Origin: an uncultured bacterium
GTDB taxonomy: Bacteria; Krumholzibacteriota; Krumholzibacteriia; LZORAL124-64-63
Direction: 5' to 3'
Length of the DNA: 64,000 nucleotides
Assembly: GCA_963732385.1 (NCBI GenBank)
Contig: CAVSZB010000006.1
Span: 32,001 to 96,000, forward strand
Each line of letters begins with the position of its first letter. The first letter of the stretch is position 1. Shown here piece by piece: positions 28,617-38,316 of the stretch. The notes under the pieces were generated by a model that was not told the origin of the DNA, did no database searches, and saw only the letters and a program-made list of their open reading frames with translations. The position numbers and the translations under genes are program-made.

Positions 28617-29570
28617 ATGTCGGATTCCGCTCCCACGGCACTCGTCTGCGAGGAGGTGTACCTGTGCCACGATACCGGGGCCGGCCACCCCGAACGGCCC
28701 GCGCGCCTGCTGGCCATTCTGGAAGCGCTGGCGGCGGCCGGTCTCGACGAGTGCCTGGCCCATCTCGACGCTCGTCCCGCCACCGACGACGACCTGACCC
28801 TCGTGCACACGCCCGCCTACGTGGACCTGGTCACGCGGGAGTGCCAGACCTCCGAGCCGGTGCAACTCAGCACCGGCGACGCCACCATCGGTCCCGGCAG
28901 CGACCGCGTGGCGCGCCTGGCCGTCGGCGGGGTGCTGGCCGCCTGCGACGCGGTGCAGGCCGGCGGCGCCCGCAACGCTTTCTGCGCCGTGCGTCCCCCG
29001 GGTCACCACGCCTTGCCGGACGCCGGCATGGGTTTCTGCATCTTCAACCACGTGGCGATCGCGGCACGACACCTGCAGCGCCGTCGCGGCTTGGCGCGCG
29101 TACTGGTGGCCGACTTCGACTGCCACCACGGCAACGGCACCGAGGAGACATTTTACGCCGACCCCACGGTCTTCACCTTCAGTTGCCACGACCGCCACGC
29201 CTTTCCCCGGACCGGGCTGCCGGAGCGGCGCGGGATCGGCGCGGGTGAGGGGTTCAATCTGAACGTCGCCCTGCGCGCGGGGGCCACCGACGACGATCTG
29301 CTTGCGGCGCACGAGCAGATTCTGGTCCCCGCCGCGCGCGCGTTCGCCCCCGACTTCCTGCTCGTGGCCGCCGGCTTCGACGGCCACGTGAGCGATCCGC
29401 TCGGCAATCTGGCGCTGACCGAGCGCGGTTTTGCGGCAGTGGGGCGCCTGCTGCGTAAACTCGCCGAAGAACTGTGCGGCGGGCGGGCGGTGGCCGTGCT
29501 CGAAGGGGGCTACGATCGGCGCGCGCTCGGCGCGAGCGTGGTCGCCTTCCTGGAGGAGTGGAGCCGCTGA
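28617..29570 (+). CDS. Histone deacetylase-family Zn-dependent deacylase
   Basis: 'HPERPAR', 'RPPGHHA', 'GFCIFN', 'DFDCHHGNGT', 'AGFD', 'LEGGY'. Confidence 0.93.
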   Translation: MSDSAPTALVCEEVYLCHDTGAGHPERPARLLAILEALAAAGLDECLAHLDARPATDDDLTLVHTPAYVDLVTRECQTSEPVQLSTGDATIGPGSDRVARLAVGGVLAACDAVQAGGARNAFCAVRPPGHHALPDAGMGFCIFNHVAIAARHLQRRRGLARVLVADFDCHHGNGTEETFYADPTVFTFSCHDRHAFPRTGLPERRGIGAGEGFNLNVALRAGATDDDLLAAHEQILVPAARAFAPDFLLVAAGFDGHVSDPLGNLALTERGFAAVGRLLRKLAEELCGGRAVAVLEGGYDRRALGASVVAFLEEWSR

Positions 29571-29579
29571 TGACAGGCG

Positions 29580-29604
29580 AGGGGCGCTCGGGCGGGCGCC
29601 CCCT
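29580..29604. terminator. GC hairpin between convergent genes
   Basis: AGGGGCGCTC-GGGC-GGGCGCCCCTT. Confidence 0.55.
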
Positions 29605-29625
29605 TCCTGTCCGTGAACCGCGGCG

Positions 29626-30558
29626 TCAGCGGTACGTACGCTTGACCCCGCCCCACGAGGCGCCATCGATCGGTGTCGGATCGCTGTCGGTCACGACCCA
29701 GGCGCCGGGGTTCCAGGATGCGACGCCCGTCTGCGTGCCGAACGTCGTCATAATGCAGCGGTACGGCTCGATGTTGGCCTCGAGCAGCAGGCCGTCGGGA
29801 TCGGTGGACTGCGCGTAGTAGCCGATCCAGCGCGGCTGGCCAACGCCGACCGCGAACTGGGCCGCGCCGAGGATTTCGACCAGCGGCACGTCGCCCACGG
29901 AGAGGCGGCCCACCAGCGCCCGGACCTCGTCCGCCACGGCCCAGCGCCAGCCGGGGTGGGCGGTCAGCCAGATCGCGATCTCCGCGCGCGTCAGGCCGAC
30001 GAACTGCGCGGGGTCGGACCAGTAGAGCCCCGTGGCCTGGTCCAGGAAGTACTGCCCCGCGCTGCCCGCGTTCTGCAGGCGCGGCTGCGTCGTCGGATCG
30101 CCGGCGTTGACGAACCAGCCGCCCGGATTCCACGTCGCCACGCCGCTCTGAGAGCCGGGATCGACGAGCACGGCGTTGTCCTCGGACTGGATGAGCCACC
30201 CGTCGGGGACGAGGCCGGCGTAGTAGCCGATCCAGCGCGGCCAGTCGGAGCCGACGGTCCACTGCCGGGGACCCATGACGTCTTCGAGGCTCGAACCGGA
30301 CGGGGCCGTGCTGCCGGCGAGGGCGTCGATCTGCGCGCTCGAGGCCCAGGTCCAGCCCGTGGAGTTGTTGACGATGAAGACGTCGAGCTGATCGCGCTCC
30401 GCTTCGGTCAGAATGTCCGGATCGCACCACGTCAGGCCCGAGGCGGGATCGTAGAAGAATTCGCCGTGGGCGCCGCGATCGGCGAGCTCGGCGGCGCCGC
30501 CGACGGCGGCGCCCGCCAGCAGGATCGCAGCGGCGATCGTCAGGGCACGCAGCAACAT
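29626..30558 (-). CDS. Secreted protein with two tandem DUF1566/Lcl-like repeats and C-terminal 'TPIDGASWGGVKRTYR' tail
   Basis: Signal peptide; internal duplication ('D..(S/T)GL.W', 'GW.WA', 'PRWIGYYA', 'GVA.WNPG.W' each twice). Confidence 0.75.
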   Translation of the reverse strand: MLLRALTIAAAILLAGAAVGGAAELADRGAHGEFFYDPASGLTWCDPDILTEAERDQLDVFIVNNSTGWTWASSAQIDALAGSTAPSGSSLEDVMGPRQWTVGSDWPRWIGYYAGLVPDGWLIQSEDNAVLVDPGSQSGVATWNPGGWFVNAGDPTTQPRLQNAGSAGQYFLDQATGLYWSDPAQFVGLTRAEIAIWLTAHPGWRWAVADEVRALVGRLSVGDVPLVEILGAAQFAVGVGQPRWIGYYAQSTDPDGLLLEANIEPYRCIMTTFGTQTGVASWNPGAWVVTDSDPTPIDGASWGGVKRTYR

Positions 30559-30709
30559 GGCCGGAGCTCCTTCTCGGTATCGGGTGGGCAGGCAAAACGC
30601 TGAACGGGCAGGTTCATAGCACGGGCGCGGCGATGAATCAATGACCGAGCTTGGGCGTGGATGCCCGCTACGGCTCCCTCGCCCGGGACGTTAAGACTCC
30701 GATTTGATG

Positions 30710-30734
30710 AGGGGCGCCCCGACGGGCGCCCCTT
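30710..30734 (-). terminator. GC hairpin downstream of PDZ gene
   Basis: AGGGGCGCCC-CGAC-GGGCGCCCCTT perfect 10-bp stem. Confidence 0.55.
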
Positions 30735-30768
30735 CCGGATGAAGCGAAATGGGTGGGATGAACGGGGG

Positions 30769-31899
30769 TCAGCGCTTGCGGCTCATCTCCTCGCGCAGGC
30801 GCTCGACCTCCACGCGCAGCTCCTGCAACTCCTTGCGCAGCGCCTGGGTGCTGCCGCCCTGCTCCGCCTCGGGGGCGAAGCGGCGGATGATGATCTTGCG
30901 TTCGCCATCTCCGGCCTCTTCATCCTCGATGGCCGTTTCGTCCTCGCAGGGGCCGGAAAACTTGTGGATGTACACGTTGTCGGGGTCGCCATCCCGGAAC
31001 ATGCGCTTCAGGGTGCGGGGCTGCCGGTCGCGGGGCGGGTCGCCGAGCGTTACTTCGAACGTGCGCTCGGCATGATCGCGCAAAACGGTGACGCTGAGCT
31101 TGTCGCCCGGCTCGGCCTTGCGCAGGGCGCTCCGCACGTCATCGGGACCGCTGAGGGCGCGATCGTTCGCGCGCAGGATCACGTCGCCCGCCTCGATGCC
31201 GGCCCGCGCGGCCGGGGAGTCATCGATGACCTCGTTGACCAGGACCCCCTCGCCTTCGGGGGCGCCGAAGTAGCGGCCGAGCTGTTCCGTCAGAACACCC
31301 ATCTGTACGCCGAGGAAGGCAAACGGTTCGTCGCCCATGGTCCACATCATGGGAGACTGTTCGCCGTCGCCCTCGCCGCGGTGCATGAAGATCATCCGGT
31401 CGCCCAGACCCTTGTGCAGGGCTTCGAGACCGGGGGCGAAGCCGGCGGCCGGTGTTTTGCGGCTGCCGAGCTTCACCTTGATGGTCTTCTTCTCTCCCTC
31501 GCGAATGACGACGACCGGCACCCGGTTGCCCGGTTTCGCGCCGCGGACGGCGCTGGTCAGCTCGCCGGCGTCGCGCACGCGCAGGCCATCGAACCTGACG
31601 ATGACGTCGCCATCGAGCAGGCCGGCGGCGGCGGCCGGCGAGTCTTCGATGACCCGGTTCACCAGCGCCCCCTCGCCGTTGCGCAGGTCGAGGGCCTTCG
31701 CCATTTCCGCGTCGACATCCTGCAGTTCGACGCCGAGCCAGGCCTGGTGCGGGATTGCCGGTGGTTCGGGGCCCTCCGGCGGGGCCGGGGGGGCGGTGTG
31801 GCGGGGCGCGGCGGCGGCTCCGCTGGCCATGGCGAGCGTCAACAGGCCCGCGATCGCCAGAACGGCCGGCAGCGCGCCGGTCATGATCCTCCTGCGCAT
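30769..31899 (-). CDS. Exported two-PDZ-domain protein with C-terminal coiled coil (no protease domain)
   Basis: 'WLGVELQ...SPAAAAGL..GDVI' and 'FLGVQM...SPAARAGI.AGDVI'; heptad tail. Confidence 0.85.
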   Translation of the reverse strand: MRRRIMTGALPAVLAIAGLLTLAMASGAAAAPRHTAPPAPPEGPEPPAIPHQAWLGVELQDVDAEMAKALDLRNGEGALVNRVIEDSPAAAAGLLDGDVIVRFDGLRVRDAGELTSAVRGAKPGNRVPVVVIREGEKKTIKVKLGSRKTPAAGFAPGLEALHKGLGDRMIFMHRGEGDGEQSPMMWTMGDEPFAFLGVQMGVLTEQLGRYFGAPEGEGVLVNEVIDDSPAARAGIEAGDVILRANDRALSGPDDVRSALRKAEPGDKLSVTVLRDHAERTFEVTLGDPPRDRQPRTLKRMFRDGDPDNVYIHKFSGPCEDETAIEDEEAGDGERKIIIRRFAPEAEQGGSTQALRKELQELRVEVERLREEMSRKR

Positions 31900-31945
31900 G
31901 ATGGACTCCTCTCAAAGGGAAGGCGACCGTCGGGGGGTGGGAAGT

Positions 31946-31973
31946 CAAACCCCGGCCGACGGACCGGGGTTCC
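31946..31973 (-). promoter_or_regulatory. Putative ECF-type promoter
   Basis: Minus strand GGAAC-N18-GTTTG upstream of the PDZ gene. Confidence 0.4.
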
Positions 31974-32002
31974 CATAAACCGGTCGCGCTGCCGACGCCT
32001 TT

Positions 32003-32593
32003 TCAGTCCGGCAGCGGCTGGGTGATGGTGAAAGCGCCGCGCAACTCGCCGGGGGCGAATCCGACCGCCCTGTCCTCGGGGTAGAGCTGACGGATCTTCG
32101 CCATGAGCAGAGTGTCGATCGCCGCGCCGTGGCATTTCAGGCACGCCTCGCCCATCGGGATCGCCTTGAGATAGCGGTAGGCGCGCTTTCCGTCAGGTTG
32201 TGTGACGACCTCTCCCTTCTCCATGCGGATCAGATTTTCGCCGGCCTTCTGGCGTGTCGCGAACTCGGCCAGCCCCTGCGCCTCCCAGGCGTCGGGTGCG
32301 TTGGCGGCGTTGCGCACGCGCGGGCCGGTGCGCCCGACCTGCCAGCCGGTTTCCGCGCCGAGGCGCGCCGCGATCTCGGGAGCCTTGTCCCGGCAGGCGG
32401 CGATGGCGCCCACCGGGCCCCCCTCCTTGAGTCCCCTGACCAGCTCCGCCCTCAGCGCAGCCTGGAAATTGTCCGTGGTGGCTCGGGCCGCCGCGGCCCG
32501 CTCATCGGCGGCGCGGGCCACCGCCGCGTTGAGCGCGGCGATCGCCAGCAGGCAGACGATCGTCAGGCGCCGTCCCCGTGTTGCTGTCTTCAT
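32003..32593 (-). CDS. DUF3365 (Tll0287-like) c-type heme protein
   Basis: Signal peptide, 'RNAANAPDAWE', 'CLKCH', 'YPEDRAVGF..GELRGAF'. Confidence 0.85.
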   Translation of the reverse strand: MKTATRGRRLTIVCLLAIAALNAAVARAADERAAAARATTDNFQAALRAELVRGLKEGGPVGAIAACRDKAPEIAARLGAETGWQVGRTGPRVRNAANAPDAWEAQGLAEFATRQKAGENLIRMEKGEVVTQPDGKRAYRYLKAIPMGEACLKCHGAAIDTLLMAKIRQLYPEDRAVGFAPGELRGAFTITQPLPD

Positions 32594-32676
32594 TCCGCAC
32601 CTCCTGTCGAGCCGTCGCCCGTCCCCGCGAGCCACGGCGTGTGAAGGGCGGCCGCTTCCGGACGGTCGCGCCGCCC

Positions 32677-34050
32677 TCAGCCATGATCGTAAACGCTCAG
32701 CCCCTTGATGTTGACGAACTCGCGCAGCCCCTGGTGGGACAGCTCGCGGCCGAAACCACTCTGCTTGATGCCGCCGAACGGCAGGCGCGGGTCGGACTTG
32801 ACGATGCTGTTGACGAAGACCGCTCCGGCCTCCAGGCGGCGCGCCACCCGCTCGCCGCGGGCGAGGTCGCGGGTCCAGACGCTCGCGCCCAGACCGAAGG
32901 GGGTGTCGTTGGCCACGGCGATCGCCTCCGCTTCGTCCCGCACGACGAGCACCGGCGCGACCGGCCCGAAGACCTCCTCGCGCGCCGCCCGCATGGCCGG
33001 CGTCACCCCGGCCAGGACGGTGGGGGCGTAGAAGAAGCCGGGCCGGTCGAGGGGGCGGCCGCCCGTGACGAGCCGCGCCCCCGCCGCGAGACTCTCGGCC
33101 ACCTGCGCGGCGATCTCCTCGCGGGCGGCCGCGTTCACCAGCGGGCCGACCTGCGTCCGTTCGTCCAGCGGATCGCCCACGACGAGTTGCGCCGCCAATT
33201 CGCCGAAACGCGCCGTAAACGGCGCCGCCAGCGCCTCGACGACGATAAAACGCTTGGCCGCGATGCAACTCTGGCCGGCGTTCAGCATGCGGCCACGCAC
33301 CGCCTGGTGCGCGGTGAATTCGAGGTCGGCGTCGTCAAGGACGATGAAAGGGTCGGAGCCGCCCAGTTCCAGCACGACCTTTTTCAGCGCCCGGGCGGCT
33401 GTGGCGGCGATTCGCACGCCGGCCCCGGTGCTGCCGGTGAGGGAGACGCCGGCGATCAGGTCGCCGGCGACCAGATCGGCCACGGCAGCGTGGTCCGCGA
33501 ATACAGCGCGGAAGACATCACGGGGAAAGCCGGCCTCGCGGCAGGACGCTTCGATCGCGCGGGCGCAGCCCGGCACGTTGCTCGCGTGCTTGAGCAGACC
33601 CGCATTGCCGGCCAGCAGCGCCGGCACGGCGAAGCGGAAGGCCTGCCAGAAAGGGAAGTTCCACGGCATGACCGCCAGGATGACGCCGAGCGGTTCGCAG
33701 ACGACGCGGTGTCGCCGGCCGTCGGCGGCGACCTCCTCCTCGCGCAGCCAGGCTTCCGCGTTGGCGGCGCAGACCTCGCACAGCCAGGCGCACTTCTCCA
33801 CCTCGGCGCGCGCCTCGGTGATCGGCTTGCCCATCTCCAGCGTGATCAGCCGGGCGTGTGCCGGGAGGCTTGCGCGCAGGGCGCCGGCCAGGCGCAAAAG
33901 CAGGGCGGCTCGTTCAGGCAGGGGTACCTCGCGCCAGGCGCGCTGCGCTTCGCGCACGCACGAGGCGACGCCCGTGACCTCCGTCGGCGGCATGGTCTCG
34001 TAAGCGCCGGTCGTCTCGCCCGTGGCGGGATTGACGGTCTCGATACGCAC
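32677..34050 (-). CDS. NAD(P)-dependent succinate-semialdehyde dehydrogenase family aldehyde dehydrogenase
   Basis: 'MPWNFPFWQ', 'LKHASN', 'LELGGSD', 'NAGQSCIAAKR', 'EEVFGP', 'PFGGIKQSG'. Confidence 0.9.
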   Translation of the reverse strand: MRIETVNPATGETTGAYETMPPTEVTGVASCVREAQRAWREVPLPERAALLLRLAGALRASLPAHARLITLEMGKPITEARAEVEKCAWLCEVCAANAEAWLREEEVAADGRRHRVVCEPLGVILAVMPWNFPFWQAFRFAVPALLAGNAGLLKHASNVPGCARAIEASCREAGFPRDVFRAVFADHAAVADLVAGDLIAGVSLTGSTGAGVRIAATAARALKKVVLELGGSDPFIVLDDADLEFTAHQAVRGRMLNAGQSCIAAKRFIVVEALAAPFTARFGELAAQLVVGDPLDERTQVGPLVNAAAREEIAAQVAESLAAGARLVTGGRPLDRPGFFYAPTVLAGVTPAMRAAREEVFGPVAPVLVVRDEAEAIAVANDTPFGLGASVWTRDLARGERVARRLEAGAVFVNSIVKSDPRLPFGGIKQSGFGRELSHQGLREFVNIKGLSVYDHG

Positions 34051-34106
34051 GACGGCATGCTAGCATGAACGGCCCCCGACGGCCACGCCGACCGGGGCGG
34101 GACCAC

Positions 34107-34511
34107 TCAGGCTTCGCCTTTGCAGGCGCAGCGGCCGAAACCGCAGCCGGCGTAGTGGACGCGGACCGCCGGCAGACGCAGCAGACGCTCCATGCCGTCG
34201 TCATCCTCCATGGCGCGCCCGAGGAGATCGAGCCAGAAGCTGACGTTGCTCGTTGTGCAGGCGGCATCGGCCGGCACGAGCGCGGCCTCGATGGCGCCGA
34301 GATCGCACCCCACCTCGCAACTCGAGAAACATCCCGAGGAGATCTTGACCCGCCCTGCCTCGAGCTGCCCGGCCAGGCTGGCCGGCAGGATCGCGCCGCG
34401 GTTGCGCAACTCGTCCGCCCAGGCGGCCAGCACGGCCCAGCGCAGGCCGTACCGTTTCAGGACCTCGACTTCGACGCGGATCTGCGCGTCGCTTCTCTTC
34501 TCTTCCGACAT
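34107..34511 (-). CDS. Hypothetical Cys-rich protein
   Basis: GC3-rich frame; 'CFSSCEVGC' and C-terminal 'CGFGRCAC'. Confidence 0.6.
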   Translation of the reverse strand: MSEEKRSDAQIRVEVEVLKRYGLRWAVLAAWADELRNRGAILPASLAGQLEAGRVKISSGCFSSCEVGCDLGAIEAALVPADAACTTSNVSFWLDLLGRAMEDDDGMERLLRLPAVRVHYAGCGFGRCACKGEA

Positions 34512-34680
34512 TTCTGTCCCCTGTTCATGGCGACCTGGAGCAGCGTCGGCGAGGTCGTGTCGTATATAAGTGTACTCCGGCCCGCGTTCGAAAGACAACC
34601 GGGGGCGGTCCGGTTTCAGCAAGCACAACGGGCAGTGGATGTTGCATTCCGGCCGGATGGACGGAGGCCTTCCGGGCGGA

Positions 34681-35928
34681 TCACGGCAGGCGGCGCAGCA
34701 GCGGCCAGCGCCACCAGGCGAAGCCTGCGAACAGCAGCAGCAGCGAGGCGCCGCCCGCCACGGTGGCAGGCTCGCCCCAGCGGTGCGCGGCAAAGCCCGA
34801 GGCGAGGGCGCCGAGCGGCATGCTGCCGAAAAAAACCATGGTGTAGATGCTCATCACGCGGCCGCGCAGGGCGTCGGGCAGGCGGGTCTGCAGGAGGGCC
34901 AGCGTGGTGTTGACGATCACCATGAAACTCCAGCCGACGCCCACCAGGGCCGCTACCGCAGCCGGCAGCCAGCGCAGCACCGCGAACAGCAGCAGGGTGA
35001 GCGGCAGCAGCAGGGTGCCGAGCGTGAGCAGCCGGCCGCGGAAACGGCGCCGGCCAAGCGCCGCGATCATGAGGGCGCCGACCAGCGCGCCCGCGCCGCG
35101 CGCCGACAGCAGGGCGCCGTTGAGCCGGACCCCGCCGTGCAGGATGTTGACCGACCAGGCCGGCATCAGCGTCACCAGTCCGACCGCGATCACGCTCACC
35201 ACGCCGACCGTGGCCACGAGCGCGCGCGCCGTGGCGTCGGCGCCCATGTAGGCGAAACCCTCCCGCAGGTCGGCCAGCACCGACGCGCGCGGCGGGGCGG
35301 GCCGCGCTCCGCGCAGCCGCATCAGCAGCAGTCCGCCGATGACCGCCAGGTAGGAGACGCCGTTGATGGTGAAACACCACGCCGGTCCGAGCCAGGCGTA
35401 CACAGTTCCGCCGATGGCCGGCCCGACGACGGTGGCGGCGTTGAACATGGTGGAATTGAGCGCGATCGCGTTCGTGAGGTCCTCGCGCTCCACGAGATCG
35501 ACCACGAGCACCTGCCGGGCCGGAGCGTCGAAGGCGTTCACCACGCCGCCGCAAAGGGCCAGCGCCAGGATATGCCACGGCCGCACGGCCCCTGCGAACA
35601 CCAGCGTGGCCAGCACGAAGGCGAGCAGCATCATAGATGTCTGGGTGGCGATGATCAGGCGTCGCCGCGACACGCGGTCGGCGATCACCCCGCCATAGAG
35701 CGTGAACAGCCAGGACGGCAGTCCGGCGGCGAAGCCGACGTACCCGAGATAGGCCAGCGAATGCGTGAGCTGGTAGACGAGAAAGCCCTGCGCGGCGCTC
35801 TGCATCCACATCCCGGTGAGCGACACGAACTGGCCCCCGAACCACAGCCGGTAGTCGCGGTGGCGCAGCGCCGCGAACGTTTCGCGGAGCGTCGGGGGGG
35901 ACGGTGACGGTGACGTCGGGACGGACAT
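34681..35928 (-). CDS. MFS transporter (MFS_3/DUF894-like)
   Basis: 'GQFVSLTGMWMQ', 'GVIADRVSRR', 'FDAPARQ', 'RGRVMS'. Confidence 0.9.
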   Translation of the reverse strand: MSVPTSPSPSPPTLRETFAALRHRDYRLWFGGQFVSLTGMWMQSAAQGFLVYQLTHSLAYLGYVGFAAGLPSWLFTLYGGVIADRVSRRRLIIATQTSMMLLAFVLATLVFAGAVRPWHILALALCGGVVNAFDAPARQVLVVDLVEREDLTNAIALNSTMFNAATVVGPAIGGTVYAWLGPAWCFTINGVSYLAVIGGLLLMRLRGARPAPPRASVLADLREGFAYMGADATARALVATVGVVSVIAVGLVTLMPAWSVNILHGGVRLNGALLSARGAGALVGALMIAALGRRRFRGRLLTLGTLLLPLTLLLFAVLRWLPAAVAALVGVGWSFMVIVNTTLALLQTRLPDALRGRVMSIYTMVFFGSMPLGALASGFAAHRWGEPATVAGGASLLLLFAGFAWWRWPLLRRLP

Positions 35929-36049
35929 CCTCAATAGATAGGCTGGAGCGGGGCGGAGGGACAGCGATCTTCGCTGCCGGGGGGGCGTCGCGCCGGCCGG
36001 CGCTGTCCGCGTTGGTGATCCGCGCCGGGCGATGAGGTAAGCTCCCGGC

Positions 36050-37261
36050 ATGATGCCCCGCACCACAAGGACGACCGGCGCCGCGCCGCCTGCCCGCTCC
36101 CTGCCCGCCGGCACCTGCGTGTTGCGTCTCGATGCGCGCAGCGGGCCGGGCGGGTGGCTGGTCTGCCGCGCGCCGCGCGGCGCGGTGGTCGCGCGGACGT
36201 CCGCCGAGGTGCCCGACCTGCTGCGGGAGGTGGCGGCGCAGACGGCCCGTGGGCAGGTCGCGGCCGGATTCGTGGCGTACGAGGCGGCCCCGGCGTTCGA
36301 TGCCGCGCTGACGGTCCGGACGCCGCGCGCCGGCGGGTCGGCGCCCGTCGTCCCGCCGGCGCATCCGCCGGTGGCCTGGTTCGGTTTCTATGACACCGCG
36401 TTGTTGAGCGCCCGGCCGCCGGTCGCGCGCCGTGCGGCCGTCTGGAGCGCCGGGCCGTGGCTTCCTTCCCTGTCGGCCGGTGCGCACGCGGCGGCGGTGG
36501 CCCGCGTGAAGGAGCACATCGCCGCCGGCGATACCTACCAGGTCAACCTGACCTTCCGTCTGCGGTCGCGTCTGCGGGGGGATCCGTGGGCGTATTTCCT
36601 CGCCCTGCAGCGCCGGCAGCGGTCCGGCTGCAGCGCGTTCGTCGATACGGGGGAGGACGTGGTGGTGTCGGCGTCGCCCGAGCTATTCTTCCGGCTCGAC
36701 GGCGAACGCATCGTGACGCGACCGATGAAGGGCACCTCTGAGCGCGGACGCGACGCGGCGCACGATCGCCGGCTGGCCGCGCGCCTGCGCGCCTCCGCCA
36801 AGGAATGTGCGGAAAACGTCATGATCGTCGACATGATGCGCAACGATCTGGGGCGGATCGCGCGGTTGGGCAGCGTCGTGGTGGAACGGCTCCTGGCGGT
36901 GGAGCGCTACCCGACGGTGTTGCAGATGACCTCCACCGTGGCGGCGCGCACCGGCGCGTCGCTGCCCGACCTCTTCGCCGCGCTCTTTCCCTGCGCCTCG
37001 GTCACCGGGGCTCCGAAGGCGAGCACCATGGGCATCATCGCCGACCTCGAGTCGACGCCGCGCGGCGTCTACACCGGAGCCGTGGGTTGCGTGCTGCCGG
37101 GAAGGCGCGCGCAGTTCAACGTGGCCATCCGCACGGTTCACGTGACCGCGGCGACCGGCGCCGCGGAGTACGGCGTCGGAGGGGGCATTGTCTGGGATTC
37201 CACCGCGGAGGCCGAATACGCCGAATGCCTGGCGAAGGCCGCCCTTCTCGACCTGCCCTGA
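36050..37261 (+). CDS. pabB: Aminodeoxychorismate synthase component I
   Basis: 'GDTYQVNLT', 'SASPELF', 'PMKGT', 'ENVMIVDMMRNDLG', 'SVTGAPK', 'GVGGGIVWDS'. Confidence 0.88.
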   Translation: MMPRTTRTTGAAPPARSLPAGTCVLRLDARSGPGGWLVCRAPRGAVVARTSAEVPDLLREVAAQTARGQVAAGFVAYEAAPAFDAALTVRTPRAGGSAPVVPPAHPPVAWFGFYDTALLSARPPVARRAAVWSAGPWLPSLSAGAHAAAVARVKEHIAAGDTYQVNLTFRLRSRLRGDPWAYFLALQRRQRSGCSAFVDTGEDVVVSASPELFFRLDGERIVTRPMKGTSERGRDAAHDRRLAARLRASAKECAENVMIVDMMRNDLGRIARLGSVVVERLLAVERYPTVLQMTSTVAARTGASLPDLFAALFPCASVTGAPKASTMGIIADLESTPRGVYTGAVGCVLPGRRAQFNVAIRTVHVTAATGAAEYGVGGGIVWDSTAEAEYAECLAKAALLDLP

Positions 37262-37412
37262 TCCGCCGCCGATCCGCGGCTCCGATTTCTGACGGTCAAC
37301 AGAGCGTTTGCACTCCCCGGACTGGAGGCCGCGCTGGTATCGCCGGGCGGCGCGCACTACCTTGAGCCGCGCACCGGCGCGTTGCCGGCCGCGGAGGGAA
37401 GGGGTCAGACAG

Positions 37413-38288
37413 GTGGGGGAACTGTTCGCGCTGGGCGCCGCGGTTGTCTGGGCGCTGGCGATGATCATGCTCAAGAAAGCGGTCGATACGGTTTCACCGT
37501 TCGCGCTGAACCTGTACCGCGTGGTCGTGTCGTCGGTGATGTTCGTCGTGACGCTGGCGGTCATGGGCACGGCGCCGTGGGGCGTGGCGCCGCTGCGGGA
37601 CTGCCTGATCCTCGTTGCGAGCGGCATCATCGGCATCGCCCTGTCCGACACCCTGTTCCACGTCGGGCTGGACTACATGGGGGCCGGGCTGACGGCGATC
37701 GTGGACTGCCTCTATTCGCCGTTCGTCGTCCTGCTCGCCTTCTTCTGGCTCGATGAACGGCTCTCCGTCTGTCAACTCGGCGGTATGGTCCTGGTCATCG
37801 CGGGGATGCTGATCGCCTCGGGACACGCGCCGCCCCCCGGCGCCACCCGTCGGCGGCTGGTGATCGGTTTCGTGTGCGGGGCGCTGGCCATGCTGACGGT
37901 GGCGATCGGCATCGTCATCGCCAAGCCGATCCTCGAGCGGGTGCCGGTCATCTGGGCCACCGCCATGCGCCAGTTCGGGGCCCTGGCCGTGCTCGCGCCG
38001 ATCGCTGTCGTCTCCCGGAACCGCCGCATCCACCTCAACGCCCTGCGTCCGGGCCGCGCCTGGCGCCACCTGCTGCCGGCCGCGGTGCTCAGTTCCTACC
38101 TGGCGCTGATCCTCTGGATCGCCGGCATGAAGTTCACCCGCGCCGGCGCGGCGGCCATCCTCAACCAGACCAGCACCATCTTCGTGCTGATCCTCGCGGC
38201 CTTCCTGCTGCGCGAGCCGTTCACCCGGCGCAAGATCGCCGCCTGCCTGCTGGCGTTCGGCGGCATCATCATGGTCACGCTGGGCTGA
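37413..38288 (+). CDS. EamA/DMT family transporter
   Basis: About 10 TM helices with duplicated EamA repeat ('LDERLS', 'LREPFT..K'). Confidence 0.85.
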   Translation: MGELFALGAAVVWALAMIMLKKAVDTVSPFALNLYRVVVSSVMFVVTLAVMGTAPWGVAPLRDCLILVASGIIGIALSDTLFHVGLDYMGAGLTAIVDCLYSPFVVLLAFFWLDERLSVCQLGGMVLVIAGMLIASGHAPPPGATRRRLVIGFVCGALAMLTVAIGIVIAKPILERVPVIWATAMRQFGALAVLAPIAVVSRNRRIHLNALRPGRAWRHLLPAAVLSSYLALILWIAGMKFTRAGAAAILNQTSTIFVLILAAFLLREPFTRRKIAACLLAFGGIIMVTLG

Positions 38289-38296
38289 GCCTCAGG

Positions 38297-38316
38297 CGGC
38301 GCGTCAGGGCCGGGCC
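38297..38316. repeat. 20-bp direct repeat, copy 1 (left boundary of ATPase islet)
   Basis: CGGCGCGTCAGGGCCGGGCC identical to 40103-40122. Confidence 0.85.

Noticed and set aside
36050..37261. pabB without pabA or a fused ADC lyase
   Set aside because: Dispersed folate genes are common and no frameshifted lyase remnant is evident downstream.
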